A DNA stretch of 63,421 nucleotides, counting the filler, from Octopus bimaculoides (lineage: Eukaryota), in the NCBI RefSeq assembly GCF_001194135.2. It is 9 parts of 9 records of this genome, joined end to end, with 100 filler letters (N's around TTAATTAATTAA, not from the genome) between each part and the next. Parts side by side here need not be neighbours in the genome. Positions count along the whole stretch, not along the records: positions 62,403 to 63,421 come from NW_026341522.1; 8 more parts are not named here. One strand, 5' to 3'. Position 1 is the first letter of the stretch, and every line of letters starts with the position of its first letter. Made by a program: the position numbers and the translations under genes. This document shows positions 62,403 through 63,421 of this stretch, piece by piece. The notes under the pieces are model-generated. The model searched no databases and was not told where the DNA came from. It saw only the letters and a program-made list of their open reading frames with translations.

Positions 62403-63421
62403 CTCGTATGGCAGGCGCTAGCGTAACGAAAACAGCCGAAATGTTTGGTTTACTGTCTTGAATGTAATGACAGCCTTTGAGAAAGAAGGAAAAACCTCCT
62501 CATTGGAACAAAACTGGGAAGAAAGCCAAAACTTTCAGATAGGGATCGTCGAACTCTTACGCGAATTGTTAGAAAGGACCATAAAAGTACAGCTCCCAAA
62601 ATTACTACAGAGCTTAATGACTACCTCGAGAGCCCAGTTTCCACAAAAACTGTTCGCCGGGAGCTGTACAAAGCCGGATTTCACGAGGGTGTTCTGCAAT
62701 CAGAAAACCACTACTTTCAAAAACGAACGTTGCAAAGCGTTTAGAGTGGAGTAAAAACCTACAGAATTGGTCCCTAGAACAGTGGAAAAACGCTGTTTTC
62801 TCGGACGAGTCATTCTTTGCCTTATTTTCAACCACCGGCCGAATATAAGTGTGGAAACAGCCAAAAAAAGCATTTGATCCAGACTGCCTTCTTCCAACTG
62901 TTAAACATGGAGGAGGATCTGTGATGATTTGGGGGCTATGTCTCGGAAATCCGGTGGCCCTGTGGTTTCCCTTCATGGCAGAATTAAGCATTTTATATGA
63001 TCAAGACTATTTAAGCATTTTATCTGATCAAGACTATTTAAGCATTTTATCTGATCAAATTCATCCTATGGTTGATGAACTGTTTCCGGAGGGAAACGCA
63101 ATCTTTCAGGATAATAATGCACCAATTCACACAGCTAAAGTTGTTACTGAATGGCACAACGAACATTCTAGTGAAGTTGAACATCTTATCTAGTCTAGCT
63201 ATCACAGTCCCCAGATCTCAAAATTATTGAATATTTACGGTGCATTTTAGAAAAACAAGTAAGGACTCGATATCTTTCATCATCATCACTTTAGGAAGTA
63301 GAGACTGTTTTAGCTGAAGAATGGACAAAAATTCCTTTGGAAACAATTCAAATTTTATATGAGTCAATACATCGTAGAATTCAAGCTGTAATTACTGCCA
63401 AAGTCGGTCCTACCCCATATT
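62403..63421 (+). mobile_element. Tc1-like (DD34E-type) transposase pseudogene
   Basis: GRKPKLSDRDRR, FSDES, PTVKHGGGSVMIWG, FQDNNAPIH, SPDLKIIE, GPTPY; frameshifts and stops. Confidence 0.92.

Noticed and set aside
1-63421. Most ORFs in the supplied track (YIYI, HTHT, CVCV, LSIY, X-runs)
   Set aside because: They are translations of microsatellites or N gaps, not genes.
1-63421. CRISPR arrays, rRNA, operons
   Set aside because: No regularly spaced repeat-spacer units and no rRNA similarity; the sequence is eukaryotic repeat DNA.

Overview
Repeat-dense, gap-riddled animal genomic DNA, most consistent with an Octopus draft scaffold (inferred from SINE families, microsatellite load and gap style; not proven). 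No complete protein-coding gene is visible, and almost all ORFs in the track are microsatellite or N-run artefacts. Transposon relics are readily recognisable: tRNA-derived SINEs of several families, RTE LINE pieces (one with a PHD finger inside the RT), two Penelope-like elements, an R4/Dong-type retroelement, mariner and Tc1 remnants, and a possible Gypsy remnant. Four things stand out. (1) A CpG-rich minus-strand exon at 9806-10063 encodes a signal-peptide-like N-terminus, and a 14-bp tandem repeat inside it sets the downstream reading frame. (2) Two different TIR elements with 8-bp target-site duplications carry telomere-like (CCCTAA)n cargo. (3) About eight minimal hammerhead-ribozyme-like motifs from at least three Penelope-associated families are present, one family preceded by a tRNA-like Pol III head. 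(4) A CpG-depleted domain (~5.6-22 kb) suggests gene-body methylation around the CpG-rich exon. All exon calls other than 9806-10063 are weak.
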